64,000 nt of DNA from Entomortierella parvispora E1425 (lineage: Eukaryota; Fungi; Mortierellomycota), in NCBI GenBank assembly GCA_020891255.1, contig BQFW01000005.1, positions 1,178,001 to 1,242,000 on the forward strand, in the 5' to 3' direction. Of this stretch, positions 19,397 to 31,128 are shown piece after piece. Positions within the stretch are counted from its first letter, which is position 1. Every line of letters begins with the position of its first letter. The notes under the pieces were generated by a model. That model did not search any database and was not told the DNA's origin. It saw nothing but the letters and a program-made list of their open reading frames with translations. A program made the translations under genes and the position numbers.

Positions 19397-22082
19397 ACTA
19401 CCCTGACCATCATATTGTCAAATTTAACAAAAGTGAGACCATTTGCATTTGAGCACACATTCCACTGCAGTGGTACCAATTCATAGCAACAAATATAGGG
19501 ACGTCCATGAAGTTGTCAGCTTAAGTCATGTCGAGCAATAAACTCAGACACAATATGGCGACGGTCCCGCAGAGAGAATGATTTTTCTTTTGGGCGCAAA
19601 GTACTCGACTCTTCAGGCATCCTGATAATAGGAGGTAATGATGATCGATTGGTCTGTGCGCAAAGACTCACGTCAAGAGAGGTTGGCTGGGGCGAGGTGC
19701 AATGGGTGTGGGACGAAACAAACAGCCGCGGGCCAACTGATCAAAAGACGTGCCACGTGTGCAAAAACATGTGTCCTCAGCATTCTCACTGTCTGTTGTA
19801 CGGGGTGCCATCGTGAATTCAGGACGCATCAATGGTTGATTCGCCCTATTACTTGCACTTCTCACCTCTGCTGGCCGCGTCCCAATGTCTACTGATTGTG
19901 TCTTTGTCGTTGCTAGTAGACCCACAGTTCTCCAAAGTGAGTCAGGAGTCAGGAGCATGCAAGTTGATGTTGGGCCAGCCGCATTCTAAGTGGAGACGGC
20001 TGATCAGCGACTGAAAATAGGAACATCGAGAGCCCAGTGACGGCCACTTCTCAGAGTGATCTTCTCGTCCTGGTATAAACGTCGCAAGTTCAAAGAGGTT
20101 TCGTTATCCTATGTTCTTTTTCTGCATTTTGTATCCGTGGCCGCACCTGCGAAAGAGCTGGAAGACCAGATATTGTTATCTACCCTATTTTTATTGACAG
20201 TTGCCACACAATGTACTGGTCTGCTCTCAGTCAGCTCTGCCTCCAAAAAGTTAGAGAAGCAGAGCTGTGCAGGGCGCGCCAACGAGCAGGCGGCAGGCCA
20301 TCGCACCCCACTTACCTTGGACTACTATACCTGGTTGGCACCCTCAAAACTGCGACATACACCCCGACAGTGGTCCAAACCAGCTCTCAGTCATGGGTCC
20401 CTCAACCTCTCGGTCAATGAATTACTACGTGGCATGTCAGCGACAAGATAGTCCACAGTAGCAACCCCAGGGGCTGACTCAAGCGCTTACATAAAGGCAA
20501 TCAATCACACTGGGGAAGGAGGGGTAAGAGGATGCAGTGTCAGAGACGAGGATGTGCAAAAGACTCGGGCCCCGGTAAAAAAAAAAATAAGCAACAACAA
20601 CAAACGCGACATGCAACATGGACAGAGCAATGAGCAAAGAACCCAAGTCAATTTGCATGTTGAACGGAGCGTGGGAGATGCAGCATGCGATACGCGAACT
20701 GCGGAGATAGTGCGGCAATCTGAGGCGAGGTGAGGGGGATGGAACGTAATATGTTTGGTGAAGAAGGAAAAGGAAAGGGAAAGGAAAAGGCCCTCTCTTG
20801 TGTTCTTTTTGCCTCGGTCTCTCTCCCCAGCACGTGACTCCGGCGCGGTCGCCACTTTTACCGCCAAGAAAAAAAAAGGGATGCCACTCTCCGGGGATGC
20901 AAGTTCGTGCAACCACAGCTGATCTATTGATGATGAGGTTCCGTCCATCCATGCTCATGGAGCAGCTGAAGAAGAGCGGATCTCTTTCCTGGTCCTCTCT
21001 CTCTCCATTCTTACACTCGGAGATGACTCTCTCCCCTTTGGTTGCCTCCACCAAAGCCAGTTCCCACGTATCCCAAACGAATAAGTGAGACAAAAAGGCC
21101 CTCCCACACCCCTACTCCGACTGCGTCGCTGTCGTTTCCTTCCTCACTAAAGCACAGGCCTTGTCTTTCGACATGTGAGCTTTGGCCTTTCCTTCTTTGA
21201 AGTCACCACCAGCCAATCAAACGCTCAGACAGCTATCTGCTTCGCCTTTCCCGCTCCCGATTGCCCGATTGTGGGCAACAGATCGGCCCTCTCTGCCCGC
21301 CTGTGAGTTTGTGGGAACACTGGCCCGATGAAAGCAGGCCAGAGACGTGTTGTGAGACCGACGCGTTCACTCCTTGGAACAAACAAACGTCCTGATCTGC
21401 ACAACACGACGTACTCCTGATACTCCTGATGAGACTCGATGCGAGGAGGTGACATAAGATGGCCCTTATGACTCCTCTTCAGAGATGTTCGCTCTCTGCC
21501 CGGCAAGAAAGGGGAGCAAGACACCAACCAAGTACAACGACTTAAACCGACTTTGTCTTCGTTGCCTCAACATGACCTTCGGCTCCCTCCTCTCCTCCTC
21601 TTCTCTCCCGTTCCCCTGCCCATTCTATCCATTGGCTATAGGCACTGGAGAGTCAGTGAAAGAAAGAAAATAGTTGTCCTCAATAAAGGTCCCCCCAAAA
21701 TGCCTCTCTCACTCCCTCAAAAAAAAAAAAACTCAGATCGCCCATGTCATGCCAAAAGCCGGGCCCAAGCGTCTGATTTCCACTGTCCGTGGTCGTCACT
21801 CTATGTGCTTCTGCACGAATGGGCCTCTTTTATTTTTTATATTGCTTTTTTTTTCTATTCCAACATTTTGGGTCACTCAACATTGGCTTGATCGTCTCAA
21901 TAAGTATGGGATGCCCCCCTCGTCTGCTCTTATTCCTCGTTATCTCCTCTCTTCGCTTTCTCAACTCTTGCATTGCGCTTTGTTATATTGCACTATTACC
22001 CAGCTTTGTTCTATCTCACTGCCCATCTCTACTTCCTACATCTCACTGCCTCATTTCCCCACACTACCTTCTTTACTCAATC

Positions 22083-23702
22083 ATGTCACACCCTCCGTCC
22101 CCCTCCGGTACCAGCTACTATTACGACGATACTTTGGAGTTCTCTGATGAGTCTCTCGAGCGGTTTTCCGTCCTACCCCCTGAAGTCCTGTGCTTGTTGG
22201 CAGACCACCTTTCACCGTCAGACCTCGCCGCGTGCTGTCAAGTGTGTAGAGGATTCCGATATTACTTCGAGGATTACCTCTTCCGTGATTTGGTCCTGGT
22301 TCATCCAAACCGAATTGCCGATTTCAATTTTGCAGAAGAAAGGTTCAAGAGACACTGCTTCTTGACCAGATCCTTTGTCAGCAGTGCGGGGATGCAGCAT
22401 GCCCGCATGCTGATAACCTCTGAATGCCGCAGCCTACGCCGCCTGTGTCTTCAATTTTCTCCAAGAGCTACAATCCCTCCAAATGTCATGGCTAACCTGC
22501 TCACCTCCCTCTCTGGCGCCAATACCCGGATTCATCACATTACCCTTGCTGGTGCGATCGATTGGACCACCACGTTAAGACAGTTATCCTCCTGGAGAGT
22601 CCTTTCCAGCTTGGATCTTGATTTCGCGCATGTGACTCTTACTGAAGTTGCAGCTCGGTCTTGCCAGGGATCTTTTGAAGTGGTCGGAGCTTTGCCTGCT
22701 CTGAGAAAGCTGTCCTTAGCAAACTTTTATGGCCCATGTAGCGGTCTTCTGATGCTTCTTCGAGAATGTCCCAATCTCGAAGCGGTTCGTTTCAAATTGC
22801 TGGACGTTTGGCAACCATCCACTTCTTGCAGTGCAGAATTAGTTGAGCTCCTCAAGAATGTTCAGACCCTGACCTGGGAGGCCTCAGCTGTTGGCAGTGA
22901 GGAGCTTGGAGAGATGTTGGGCCTTGGGAGCAGGACCAAGAAAGTGGCAATCGCTGCTCGACACATGGATTCACTTGAGCCTCTGGCCAGCAAAGCACCA
23001 ACGTTCAGGTCATTGACTCTTGCAGGAGTCCAAGGTCCGTTTGGCGCCGAGCTCCAATGGTTCTTGGAGAAGTCCACAACCCTGCAAGAACTGGTGATAT
23101 TGCCCTCCCTGCAATTTGAGCAGGGCCACCAGACACGGCTGTTGGCGCGCAATTTTCATGACAGGAGCGGCCAAATGAGGATTTTGGACGAGCACGCTGC
23201 AGGATGGAGCGCCATGTGGGGTTGTTCGCTGACCCTGACATACTTGGAGGTTGTAATCGAGCGATTACAGCCAACATACGCAGAGGGAATCAGCAGTAGC
23301 AGTGGCAGTCAGTCATGGTCATTGTCAGCAGGATGCCTGGCTGAACACAAGGTGGTGTATGAGCAGCTTGGTCTACTTGTTAATCTGCGGCACTTGCGAC
23401 TGGGTGTGCGGGGGGCGGAGGAGCACCAGACTTCTAGCTTGCTATTCTCTGCCGACACCGGCCTTGGTCCACTCGGAGGGATGAAGTCCATTCAGACTCT
23501 GGATTTGCGATGGACCATCCATGAGATTGGACGAATAGAACTTGACTGGTTCTACAGCCACTGGCCGCGGCTCAAAGTGATCAAAGGCCTTACTGAGTTG
23601 CCATTGGAGGCGGATCAGCGCTCTCTTCAAAGGTCCGACGGTGCAAAGACATGGATCCAAGAGCATCCCTTTGGGGTTGGACATGACTACTACGGCCACT
23701 GA
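22083..23702 (+). CDS. F-box/LRR-like protein of the Mortierellaceae-type expanded family
   Basis: F-box LPPEVLCLLADHLSPSDLAACCQVCRGF; leucine-rich repeats; C-terminal VYEQLGLLVNLRHLRLG...GLGPLGGMKSIQTL...ELDWFYSHWPRLKVIKGL. ATG at 22083. Confidence 0.85.
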   Translation: MSHPPSPSGTSYYYDDTLEFSDESLERFSVLPPEVLCLLADHLSPSDLAACCQVCRGFRYYFEDYLFRDLVLVHPNRIADFNFAEERFKRHCFLTRSFVSSAGMQHARMLITSECRSLRRLCLQFSPRATIPPNVMANLLTSLSGANTRIHHITLAGAIDWTTTLRQLSSWRVLSSLDLDFAHVTLTEVAARSCQGSFEVVGALPALRKLSLANFYGPCSGLLMLLRECPNLEAVRFKLLDVWQPSTSCSAELVELLKNVQTLTWEASAVGSEELGEMLGLGSRTKKVAIAARHMDSLEPLASKAPTFRSLTLAGVQGPFGAELQWFLEKSTTLQELVILPSLQFEQGHQTRLLARNFHDRSGQMRILDEHAAGWSAMWGCSLTLTYLEVVIERLQPTYAEGISSSSGSQSWSLSAGCLAEHKVVYEQLGLLVNLRHLRLGVRGAEEHQTSSLLFSADTGLGPLGGMKSIQTLDLRWTIHEIGRIELDWFYSHWPRLKVIKGLTELPLEADQRSLQRSDGAKTWIQEHPFGVGHDYYGH

Positions 23703-24058
23703 TGGCACCTACATCCTCTCGCCGACTCGAGTTGTATATTATTTGTGTTGTATTTGTAGATTTGTACTTTAATGTCTTTTCATGTCGTGCCTCAGTTTCG
23801 TTTACTCTTTGATCTCTTCCTTTTTTTTTCTTCGATATATTTCTATACGCCTCCAACTTGATCCGTTCTTTCATATTCTGCCCAGTCCTTGTTCATATTT
23901 GTCCAGTTCCTTTGTACTCTATCCTTCCATATTTCTTTCCGCTTCTTTCATATCATGTCCTTTTTTTTCTTACTTTGTTCCTGTTCTTCCAAATATATAT
24001 GTCAGTTGATCAACAAGTAAACCCCTCCTCAATGAGTGCTCTCTTGCAGGCCGTCTGG

Positions 24059-24092
<34 letters not shown>

Positions 24093-24110
24093 GGTGTGTG
24101 TGTGTGTGTT
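24059..24110. repeat. Poly(T) of about 30 nt followed by (GT)n microsatellite
   Basis: Seen directly. Confidence 0.9.
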
Positions 24111-24460
24111 CCCACACAGTCGCTGTGATTGAAGATGTGCTGATAATACCAGGTCATGATGATAAAGCTGGGGCTCAGAGTACCGTGGGTTCTTTTGGAG
24201 TAAAAAAACAGCTGTGGACGAAACTGGTCAAACTCATCAAAAGGTGAACGGAGATCAACTTTCGTGAAAGCATACATTACGTCTCTCAGGAATCGACAGA
24301 TTTGGGGCCTATTCTATGGGACAGATTCAAGACCAAGCTGTAGTTCCGATAACGCCTGTTGTCCTGTAAAACTCTCGATAATAACTTGTCTGGAGCCATG
24401 GACAAGATGACTGTTGCGTTGCACGTGGCGCACATAGTCTTGGGCGTTAGTGGCTGAAGT

Positions 24461-26563
24461 CTTGGTTCAAACCAGCGCCATCCTTCTGAAAGAAAGAATG
24501 TTGATCAATCTACAATGGCCTATCTGTGAGGCTAGTGGCTACAACGCAGCGAGTATATGTGAGAATCAAACATGTTGCAGAGATCCTTGGCTGTTGTAAC
24601 CCTACTTCCACCAGCACGCTGCACTCGTTCACTTCACAGCGAGTTGGTCTGCTTGCAAGTTCTGCCCTTTTTTGCCTCTCCAGTTTTTATTTCATCTGTC
24701 GATCATCCAGGGTCCACTATTTGATTAGGTCTGCTCGGTGAGAAAAGAGAAACAGGAGAAGGCGATCCCGGCCGCTGAGTTCCCGGCTTTGGATGAAAAG
24801 AAAGCGATCCCAGCAAGATTAGAGTCCAGAGATGCAAGGGGACTTCGGGTACACGGTCATCGTTGCCTCTGACGACGCAAGGATAGAAGCGTTCATCCTG
24901 GTTTCTTTTGTTTGGAAAGCTTGGATGCACATCGTTGCTTCATTCTACTGCTTCATAGCCATGCCATTCATAAATCAGTGGCCAGAACTTCATGGGTGAT
25001 GGCAGACTGCAAGCCGGTTTTTTTTTTTTTTGCTTTTGCTATTTAAGCTCGCCTTTTTTTGCTTTTTCTTTTTTCTTCTTCTTTCTTCTCTTCCTCACCA
25101 TTCTCCCTTCAAGCACTCTTTCTCTTCACTGCAGTCTGGCCGGAACAGCAAGGTAAGTCTTCTCTTCCAGCCCTTCTCTTCCAGCCCTTCTCTTCCAGCC
25201 CTTCTCTTCCAGCCCTTCTCTTCCAGCCCTTCTCTCCTTCCACTCCCTCCACCCCTCCGCACCTCCACCTCTCCCCAGCAACGTTCCCTTGTTCAGCTTT
25301 TTGGCTGCGCCTTCCTTGATTCTCATACACTCGTCCACAGTCCAGTCATATACCCTTCCACAACCCAGACCTTCAGTAGCAACTTCCCGCCGCAAGTACC
25401 TCAAACGAAAACCTGTGGGGCCCGTCTGACAGCGCTCTTGGCTGTGTCCACAACACTTTCCGCACTCAAAACATCAAGGCAAGTCTGAAAAAGGCACGCT
25501 TCTGGTTTGTTTACTTTTGCTTTTTTGACGCGTTACTGACCCAAACTGTCTGCTTTCTCGGTTGTCAACAGGTTCCAACAAAACAGCCGATGCTTCGTTA
25601 TGAAGCCAGAGTCATTTGAAGTCTCGACCGCTCTCATGTGTAGAGTCAGCCAAGGTACGGCAGTGTGTGCTTGTGTGATTGAATCGAGAGGCACGGCTTG
25701 GAGGCGACGTGAGCGGGGCTCTCCAACCTGGTTGCGGATGAGTTTTGGTTGATGTCCGAGTGCTGTTTGGTCCTTTCCACCTTTACCACCCCTAGTCCGT
25801 CCATGGCATGGACTGCGGTGCGTTTTCAGTACCTTCCTCTCTCTTTTGTTTTTATTATGGTTTTTGTTTGTTATTATTGCTTTCCTTGAAGTGCTTTCTC
25901 TCCCCCCTCTACCCCGGCATTGTGTGGACTTGCCCCTGGCCGTGTTGACCCTTCCCGCCAGAGGTCCCCTTTTCCAAGTTTTCCGGACCGCCCAGACTCT
26001 TGCGAATCGTCGGCAGGCACTCCCTTTGAAGTTTTTCTCCCTTTTGTGCATTCTCGGAATGGTCCTCCCCTTCCACTTCGGTGTCAGTATCTGCGGACTA
26101 CCATCTTGCTCGTGGGTTCATATCCATATGTCCCACATCCTTCCTTGTCCAACTCCTTATCAGGACTCGAGGCAGTTCTGAGCGCGGCTGTAGTAGCCAC
26201 TTCTCTCGGTCTCCCCTGGTTATCTCGTGGGCAAGATATAAAGCGGCTGAAGGCCCGCAGCTGTTCCCACCTTTTGTGTGGGAGGGGCCGACTGCTCATG
26301 GTGATCAGTAAGGTGTATCGGAGAGGGTTAATAGCGGATCTAAGGAGCTAGTGCGGATTTTGTCAACATCATACACTGACCGTTACATTTTTTTTTCTTT
26401 CAGCCTTCCTAGCTCTTTAATAGATATGCGAGAAGTCCAGGCAGAGAAGCGACTATAGAACAGCAGGCTGGAAGTAGATTTACCAGTTAATATGGTCACA
26501 GTTGGCCCATGCAGGGGCTCTCATTTCTACGCGCCTCCACCTCACAAATTCGTTCAATAAAGT
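24461..26563 (+). repeat. Unclassified ~2.1-kb repeat unit, copy A (single core, more diverged)
   Basis: Homologous to 40039->37045 (minus) and 40672->43455 (plus); the ORF track shows near-identical peptides at 25846/41844/42735. Homology ends just after AATAAA (26556-26561). Confidence 0.9.
25160..25229 (+). repeat. 14-bp VNTR (TTCTCTTCCAGCCC)x5; x5 at 39270-39339 (minus) and x6 at 41145-41228
   Basis: Perfect tandem units counted directly. Confidence 0.95.
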
Positions 26564-27277
26564 GTTAATGTGTTAATGGCACCTGCCGTGCACCCACACC
26601 TGGGTCCGAATGTGGTAAACCTGGTGAAATTCCTGGGAAATATGGATGCTGCTTCTCATCTGCACAAACAACAACCCAACGTGGCAAGACCAGATGCGGT
26701 GGCTATGGTTTCAGCGGAAAATGGAGAACAACACTGCGTGCAACATGACAGCAATACGGTGACACCACGCGATCCACGTCTACAAAAAGTATCTAGAATA
26801 TATGTCTCCGCACAAGCCATGGCTTATCCCCAGAACAGTATACATGCCTTTGTCATAGAGGCCCTCGAGAATTTTCTTGTGCAACCATGGTCGATATTGA
26901 CAAACTAACACTTTCGGATGTCGAGAGATCGGGATCCTCTTGATCCCAAAAGTCTAGATCTGCAGGGTCAGAGGATGGGAGATCTGATTTAAACAAGTGT
27001 CCGGTAGAATAGATCTATGGATCGATAACAGGGGTTTCATCGAAGTCCTTGACCGTCATTGCCCCGGGGTCATAATAATCGTCATATACTATAATCCAAA
27101 ACGTGGAGATTTAGCACAGTTTTGTATTAACATTACTTACACTTAAGTTTAGAGCACTTACAATCCTCTGTTGTTGTGCTTCTAAATGAATCTAATAAAA
27201 GACAAAAGATAAAGAAGTATTTTAACGAAGTAAGAACATCAGAGTCAAAAAAAAGTCATGGTTATGTTTACTTCCAA

Positions 27278-28420
27278 TCACTTGCTTCTCCTCGATGAGT
27301 CATCCTGTCCTGTGGAAGTCCCAGATTCAAACTGTCCACCAATGTCTCCAGAAGTAGTGGCTGCGGATGGAGACAAATGTGAAGCAACCTCTGTGAGTGT
27401 CTTGTTACACGCCAGAGTGTGTGGGCCAAGTTCTCCAGATTCAGAAGAAGTCCGTGACCTGTGTGATAGACTCGAGGCTGATAGTCGAGGCTCTTCAGGC
27501 CCTGTAGAAGCAGATGATAGATGATGCGAGATTGTGAGTTCTGGCGACTCATCTCTTCCAGTGACTTGTTCCACAGGGGTAGTCGTAGACTCTATAGATG
27601 ATCCAGTCTGTATCTCTTCAACGCCGGGCTCTCCACCATCAACCGAAGGTGTTCCAGGTAAAGGTGCTCCAGGTAAAGGTGCTCCAGGTAAAGGGGTTCC
27701 TGTTGAGGGTGAACCCGTTGCCAATGCATTGGTTGCCATAAATGAGTCAGCGGCATCGTCAAACGAAGCAGGTTGTGGAGGCAGTAAGGTATCAGAGAGA
27801 GGAATATCGTTGACTTCACCGTCAGTGTCTACACACATACCACGGGATGCCGCGGGTGGTAGCTTTTCGGTTGACAGAGGTGGCATCGACGGAAGTGTTT
27901 CCACATATTCATCGGAGGTCAGAGATTCATCCACTATAAATATTTCCAGGGGAAGTTGTTAGTATATCAATTAAAGACATGTACCCATCAACAAAGGCAA
28001 CAAGGCAACTTACATATTTGTGTGAGGTCCTTTTCAAATCTTCGCGATGATATCTCCATGACTGTGAGTTGGTGATGCTGGAACGCGTGCTTCATGCCTT
28101 GCTTGAATGTTTTGGCGACGTGTTCATCCTTTGTCAGCTCTACCGTTTCGAGCACACGGCGCTTTTCGTTCCTCCATATCTTCTCAAGACGTGCTCCATT
28201 TTCTTGAAGACTCCGGTCGTTGCTTCCTTGCAACATCGGTATGAGTTTGTTTCGCCATTCATCTTGAAGTCGCTTCACAGCAGATTCATCATGCACACAC
28301 CGAAAAGAAAGTATGTAACCCTCGGCACTGTACTCTTCTGGGATCGTGTCCAAGAAATATTGAGGATTAGACAACTCTGCTGTCGCCTTCTTGACCTTGG
28401 CTAAACGGGAATCCTTCGTA
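27278..28420 (-). pseudogene. Spliced gene of unknown family with a low-complexity Ser/Pro/Thr-rich exon; likely decayed
   Basis: GTAAGT..CTAAC..ATAG intron 28013-27934 keeps the frame (DLTQI-LDES). PLPGA/T 15-bp repeats near 27650-27695. A further downstream exon-like segment near 27050-26930 has an internal TAG. Confidence 0.4.
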
Positions 28421-29089
28421 CTATCAGAAAAATAAGGGGAAAAAAAGACAATTATCAACCGTACAAGATTCAAAACTGTCGACATTCTATAATAGTAAAA
28501 TATCCATGTGAAGAGTAGTTTAACTGTAATTAGCTGCCCCTCTTTGCTGAAGAGATGCCTCTGACCAGTGTTGTCCAACCACTGTGCCCACACACTAACC
28601 ACATTTCCTCGCATGACGGAAATGTGGTGATTAGCTGAAGAAGAATTTAATCCTCTCCCGCATGCACAACGAGAGCTCTTTAATCCATAGCGAATATCCC
28701 AAGGAGGATGATCCAAATATGGTGAGTCCACAACCACAACTCCCAGATGAAGAAAGCAGTTTGAAACTGCAATCAGCTGCCCCTCTTTGCTGAAGAGATG
28801 CCACCGACAAGTGTTATCCAACCATTAGACACCTTGCGAGTCAGTCAGATGTCGATGTAGATTGCATTTGTAGAGTTTAAAAAAAATCTTATTCTTAAAA
28901 AATGAACCTTAGTACCCTACATCGACTTCTGAACAAGTTTTTGTTGGTGTAGAGCGATCCTACATTTATTTAATAAAAATGTAGAAACCAATCGGTGTAG
29001 ACTGTGGCGCGAGGCGGCGAGAGACAAATAAAATCTGAGACATAAAAGCGCAACAAAAAAAACAGCTAACTCACCGTTCTCCCTCATCA

Positions 29090-29914
29090 ATGACAACTCC
29101 TGCCACCACCTTACCTCCTGCATCCACTGCTGCCCATGATGGCTCTACAGTTGTCTCAACCGCGGTCGGTCCCGCTGTTTATGTCTCCCCTTCTCGTCCA
29201 GATCCAATTATCAGCATGACCGACTCGACCACTCCTTTGATCACGGTAGCATCCTCCAAAGCACCTCGTAAAGTACAGTGCCGCGGCCTTACCTCCAACA
29301 ACAAGAACATCATGGCCAACACTATGACGGTCCTCAATGCGATGATCCAGATTCCACCGTTTGTTCCTTATGGTCGAAAGCGTGTGGCATGGGAGAAAGT
29401 AGCACAGTTGTGTCAAGCAAGAAATAAGGAACTGGCAGCCGTTACCGGCGCTTTGTGTGAAGCCCGTTATATACTAGTCCGAGACGAATACCGGCTCGCT
29501 CAAGCCACCGCTATCCGTCGCACAGGGGAGGACGAGGAACCCCCTACAGAGCAAGATAATGCTCTAGAGGAACTCATTGGCATGGAGGAGGGCTTCGAGA
29601 ACCAGCAACGTGACGAGCAAGCAAGAGTGATCAACATTCAAGCGGAAGAGAACCTCTTCAGGGCAGCTGCGGAGGATAAACGCGAATCGGCAGTTGTAAG
29701 AGTTCTCACAGCAGCAGATACCACAGAGATTAATAACAATCTCGCCTCTGTTTCCGAGCCAAGTACCCCAGTTTGTCAGCAGTCAGCAAACACTACTCCA
29801 CCCAGACAAAAGAGAAAAAGGAGAAGACAAGAACAGGATGACCTACTTGATATCGTGAAGTCAACCTCTGTCCTTTTCAAAGCGGTTGCAGAGAAATACT
29901 TGCGCAAAAAATAG
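29090..29914 (+). CDS. Harbinger ORF1 Myb/SANT-like DNA-binding protein
   Basis: PPFVPYGRKRVAWEKVA...LCEARY...TGEDEE...ALEEL pattern, C-terminal KRKRRRQ NLS-like motif, and position inside the TIRs. Confidence 0.8.
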   Translation: MTTPATTLPPASTAAHDGSTVVSTAVGPAVYVSPSRPDPIISMTDSTTPLITVASSKAPRKVQCRGLTSNNKNIMANTMTVLNAMIQIPPFVPYGRKRVAWEKVAQLCQARNKELAAVTGALCEARYILVRDEYRLAQATAIRRTGEDEEPPTEQDNALEELIGMEEGFENQQRDEQARVINIQAEENLFRAAAEDKRESAVVRVLTAADTTEINNNLASVSEPSTPVCQQSANTTPPRQKRKRRRQEQDDLLDIVKSTSVLFKAVAEKYLRKK

Positions 29915-29934
29915 GCAGTTATGTTTATTAAAAG

Positions 29935-31128
29935 CTAGTCGTGGAGGTATTCTTCAAGAGTAGGAGGAGATAGTCCGAACTTGCCTACTGATGCATTCTT
30001 TTGAGTGATGCATGAATGTAAATTGGCAAATAATACAGATATGGTGTACTGAACATGAAGAGCTGAAAGTAAACTGCGTTGAGTTTTCTTGAGTTCAGTG
30101 AAGGAGAAGTATTGGAGAGTGTGGCCAAAACTCCATTCAACCGCAATTCTGACTTCTGCCATCGCTTTGTTGAAAGCCCTTTGCCCAGCCGTCAGCTCGT
30201 TGTCTCTTCCTGGAAAGGCGACTTGCAAGACAGGTGATAGCTCATATCCTTGATCACCAAAAATGCACATGTTGTTTCCAGCAACATCTTTCACTCTTTC
30301 TAACAGAGTATCTTGTAGCCGTGATATCCTGTACATTGCTGTGTCATGTTGTTTTCCATGGTACGGCCCTGAGAGATGAACAACGATGCCATCTGGGGTT
30401 GTCACTGCTTGAAACTTCATGGCATGAACCCTGTGATGACCATTGTACTCTTGTCTTTGATTTTCCATTGGTCTAGCAATGGGCCGTACTGTACCATCAA
30501 TAAATCCTACTACGTCTTGAAGTGGTGATCCTGCTTCGCGAATGACAGCAGCGAACTGCTCAAGCTTGGCAGGTGTGAGTCGTGCATGGTCCCAAGTGAA
30601 GAGTTGCCGCGCCCAACGATTGTAGATCCATGTAATAGTTTTGTTGAAGATACGACTGAGCATGCCTTCTGATCGTCCAAACATGGGCATGAGGTCAACC
30701 AGTCGACAAGGGAAAGCAAGGCGGCGGAGAACAATGCATACTCCTTCGAGGGAAGAGAACTTTGATCCATTATCCAACACCAACACGTTTGGTACACGAA
30801 GTGCTTCAACGATATCGAGGATCTCATCCGTCCTGAAGCGAAAGAGGCGCTCGCTTGTAATGTTGTCGTACTGGTTGAGGTTGAAAATAGCGAAGGGTAC
30901 TGGTGGGTTCCTATTTCTTCTTTGGAGGATTCGGGCAGCATGTTGAATGAAATCGTTGGCCATCCCCATTAAAAAGACTATTTCTTCATCGCTGTCTGAC
31001 TGGCCGTCAAGATTGTTGGCGTCCTCATTTTCGTTGTCAATATCTTCATCGTCGTCTTCTTCGTTGTCTTCTTCATCGTTGTCTTCGTCATAAGGAAAGA
31101 TACGCGGTATTTGTTCTTGGTCGTCCAT
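29935..31128 (-). CDS. Harbinger DDE transposase (DDE_Tnp_4)
   Basis: GFIDGT, YNGHHRVHAMKFQ, HD, GDQGY and RIAVEWSFG motifs are all intact. Confidence 0.95.
   Translation of the reverse strand: MDDQEQIPRIFPYDEDNDEEDNEEDDDEDIDNENEDANNLDGQSDSDEEIVFLMGMANDFIQHAARILQRRNRNPPVPFAIFNLNQYDNITSERLFRFRTDEILDIVEALRVPNVLVLDNGSKFSSLEGVCIVLRRLAFPCRLVDLMPMFGRSEGMLSRIFNKTITWIYNRWARQLFTWDHARLTPAKLEQFAAVIREAGSPLQDVVGFIDGTVRPIARPMENQRQEYNGHHRVHAMKFQAVTTPDGIVVHLSGPYHGKQHDTAMYRISRLQDTLLERVKDVAGNNMCIFGDQGYELSPVLQVAFPGRDNELTAGQRAFNKAMAEVRIAVEWSFGHTLQYFSFTELKKTQRSLLSALHVQYTISVLFANLHSCITQKNASVGKFGLSPPTLEEYLHD

Noticed and set aside
19640-21700. Several 60-200 aa ORFs between the NLR and F-box genes, and similar ones at 31671-33000 and 62600-63500
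   Set aside because: They are low-complexity or purine/pyrimidine-tract derived, and I could not build a coherent splice model or find a recognisable motif.
24420-24480. tRNA/SINE-like head (TGGCGCACATAG ... GGTTCAAACC) at the start of repeat copy A
   Set aside because: I could not build a cloverleaf. The A-box-like part is not shared with the other copy, and the B-box reads GGTTCTAACC there.
25160-25229. Short tandem arrays (14-bp VNTR, CCGANT repeat at 5232-5370, 56-bp LTR repeat) as CRISPR-like arrays
   Set aside because: There are no unique spacers between units and no cas genes, and the context is eukaryotic.
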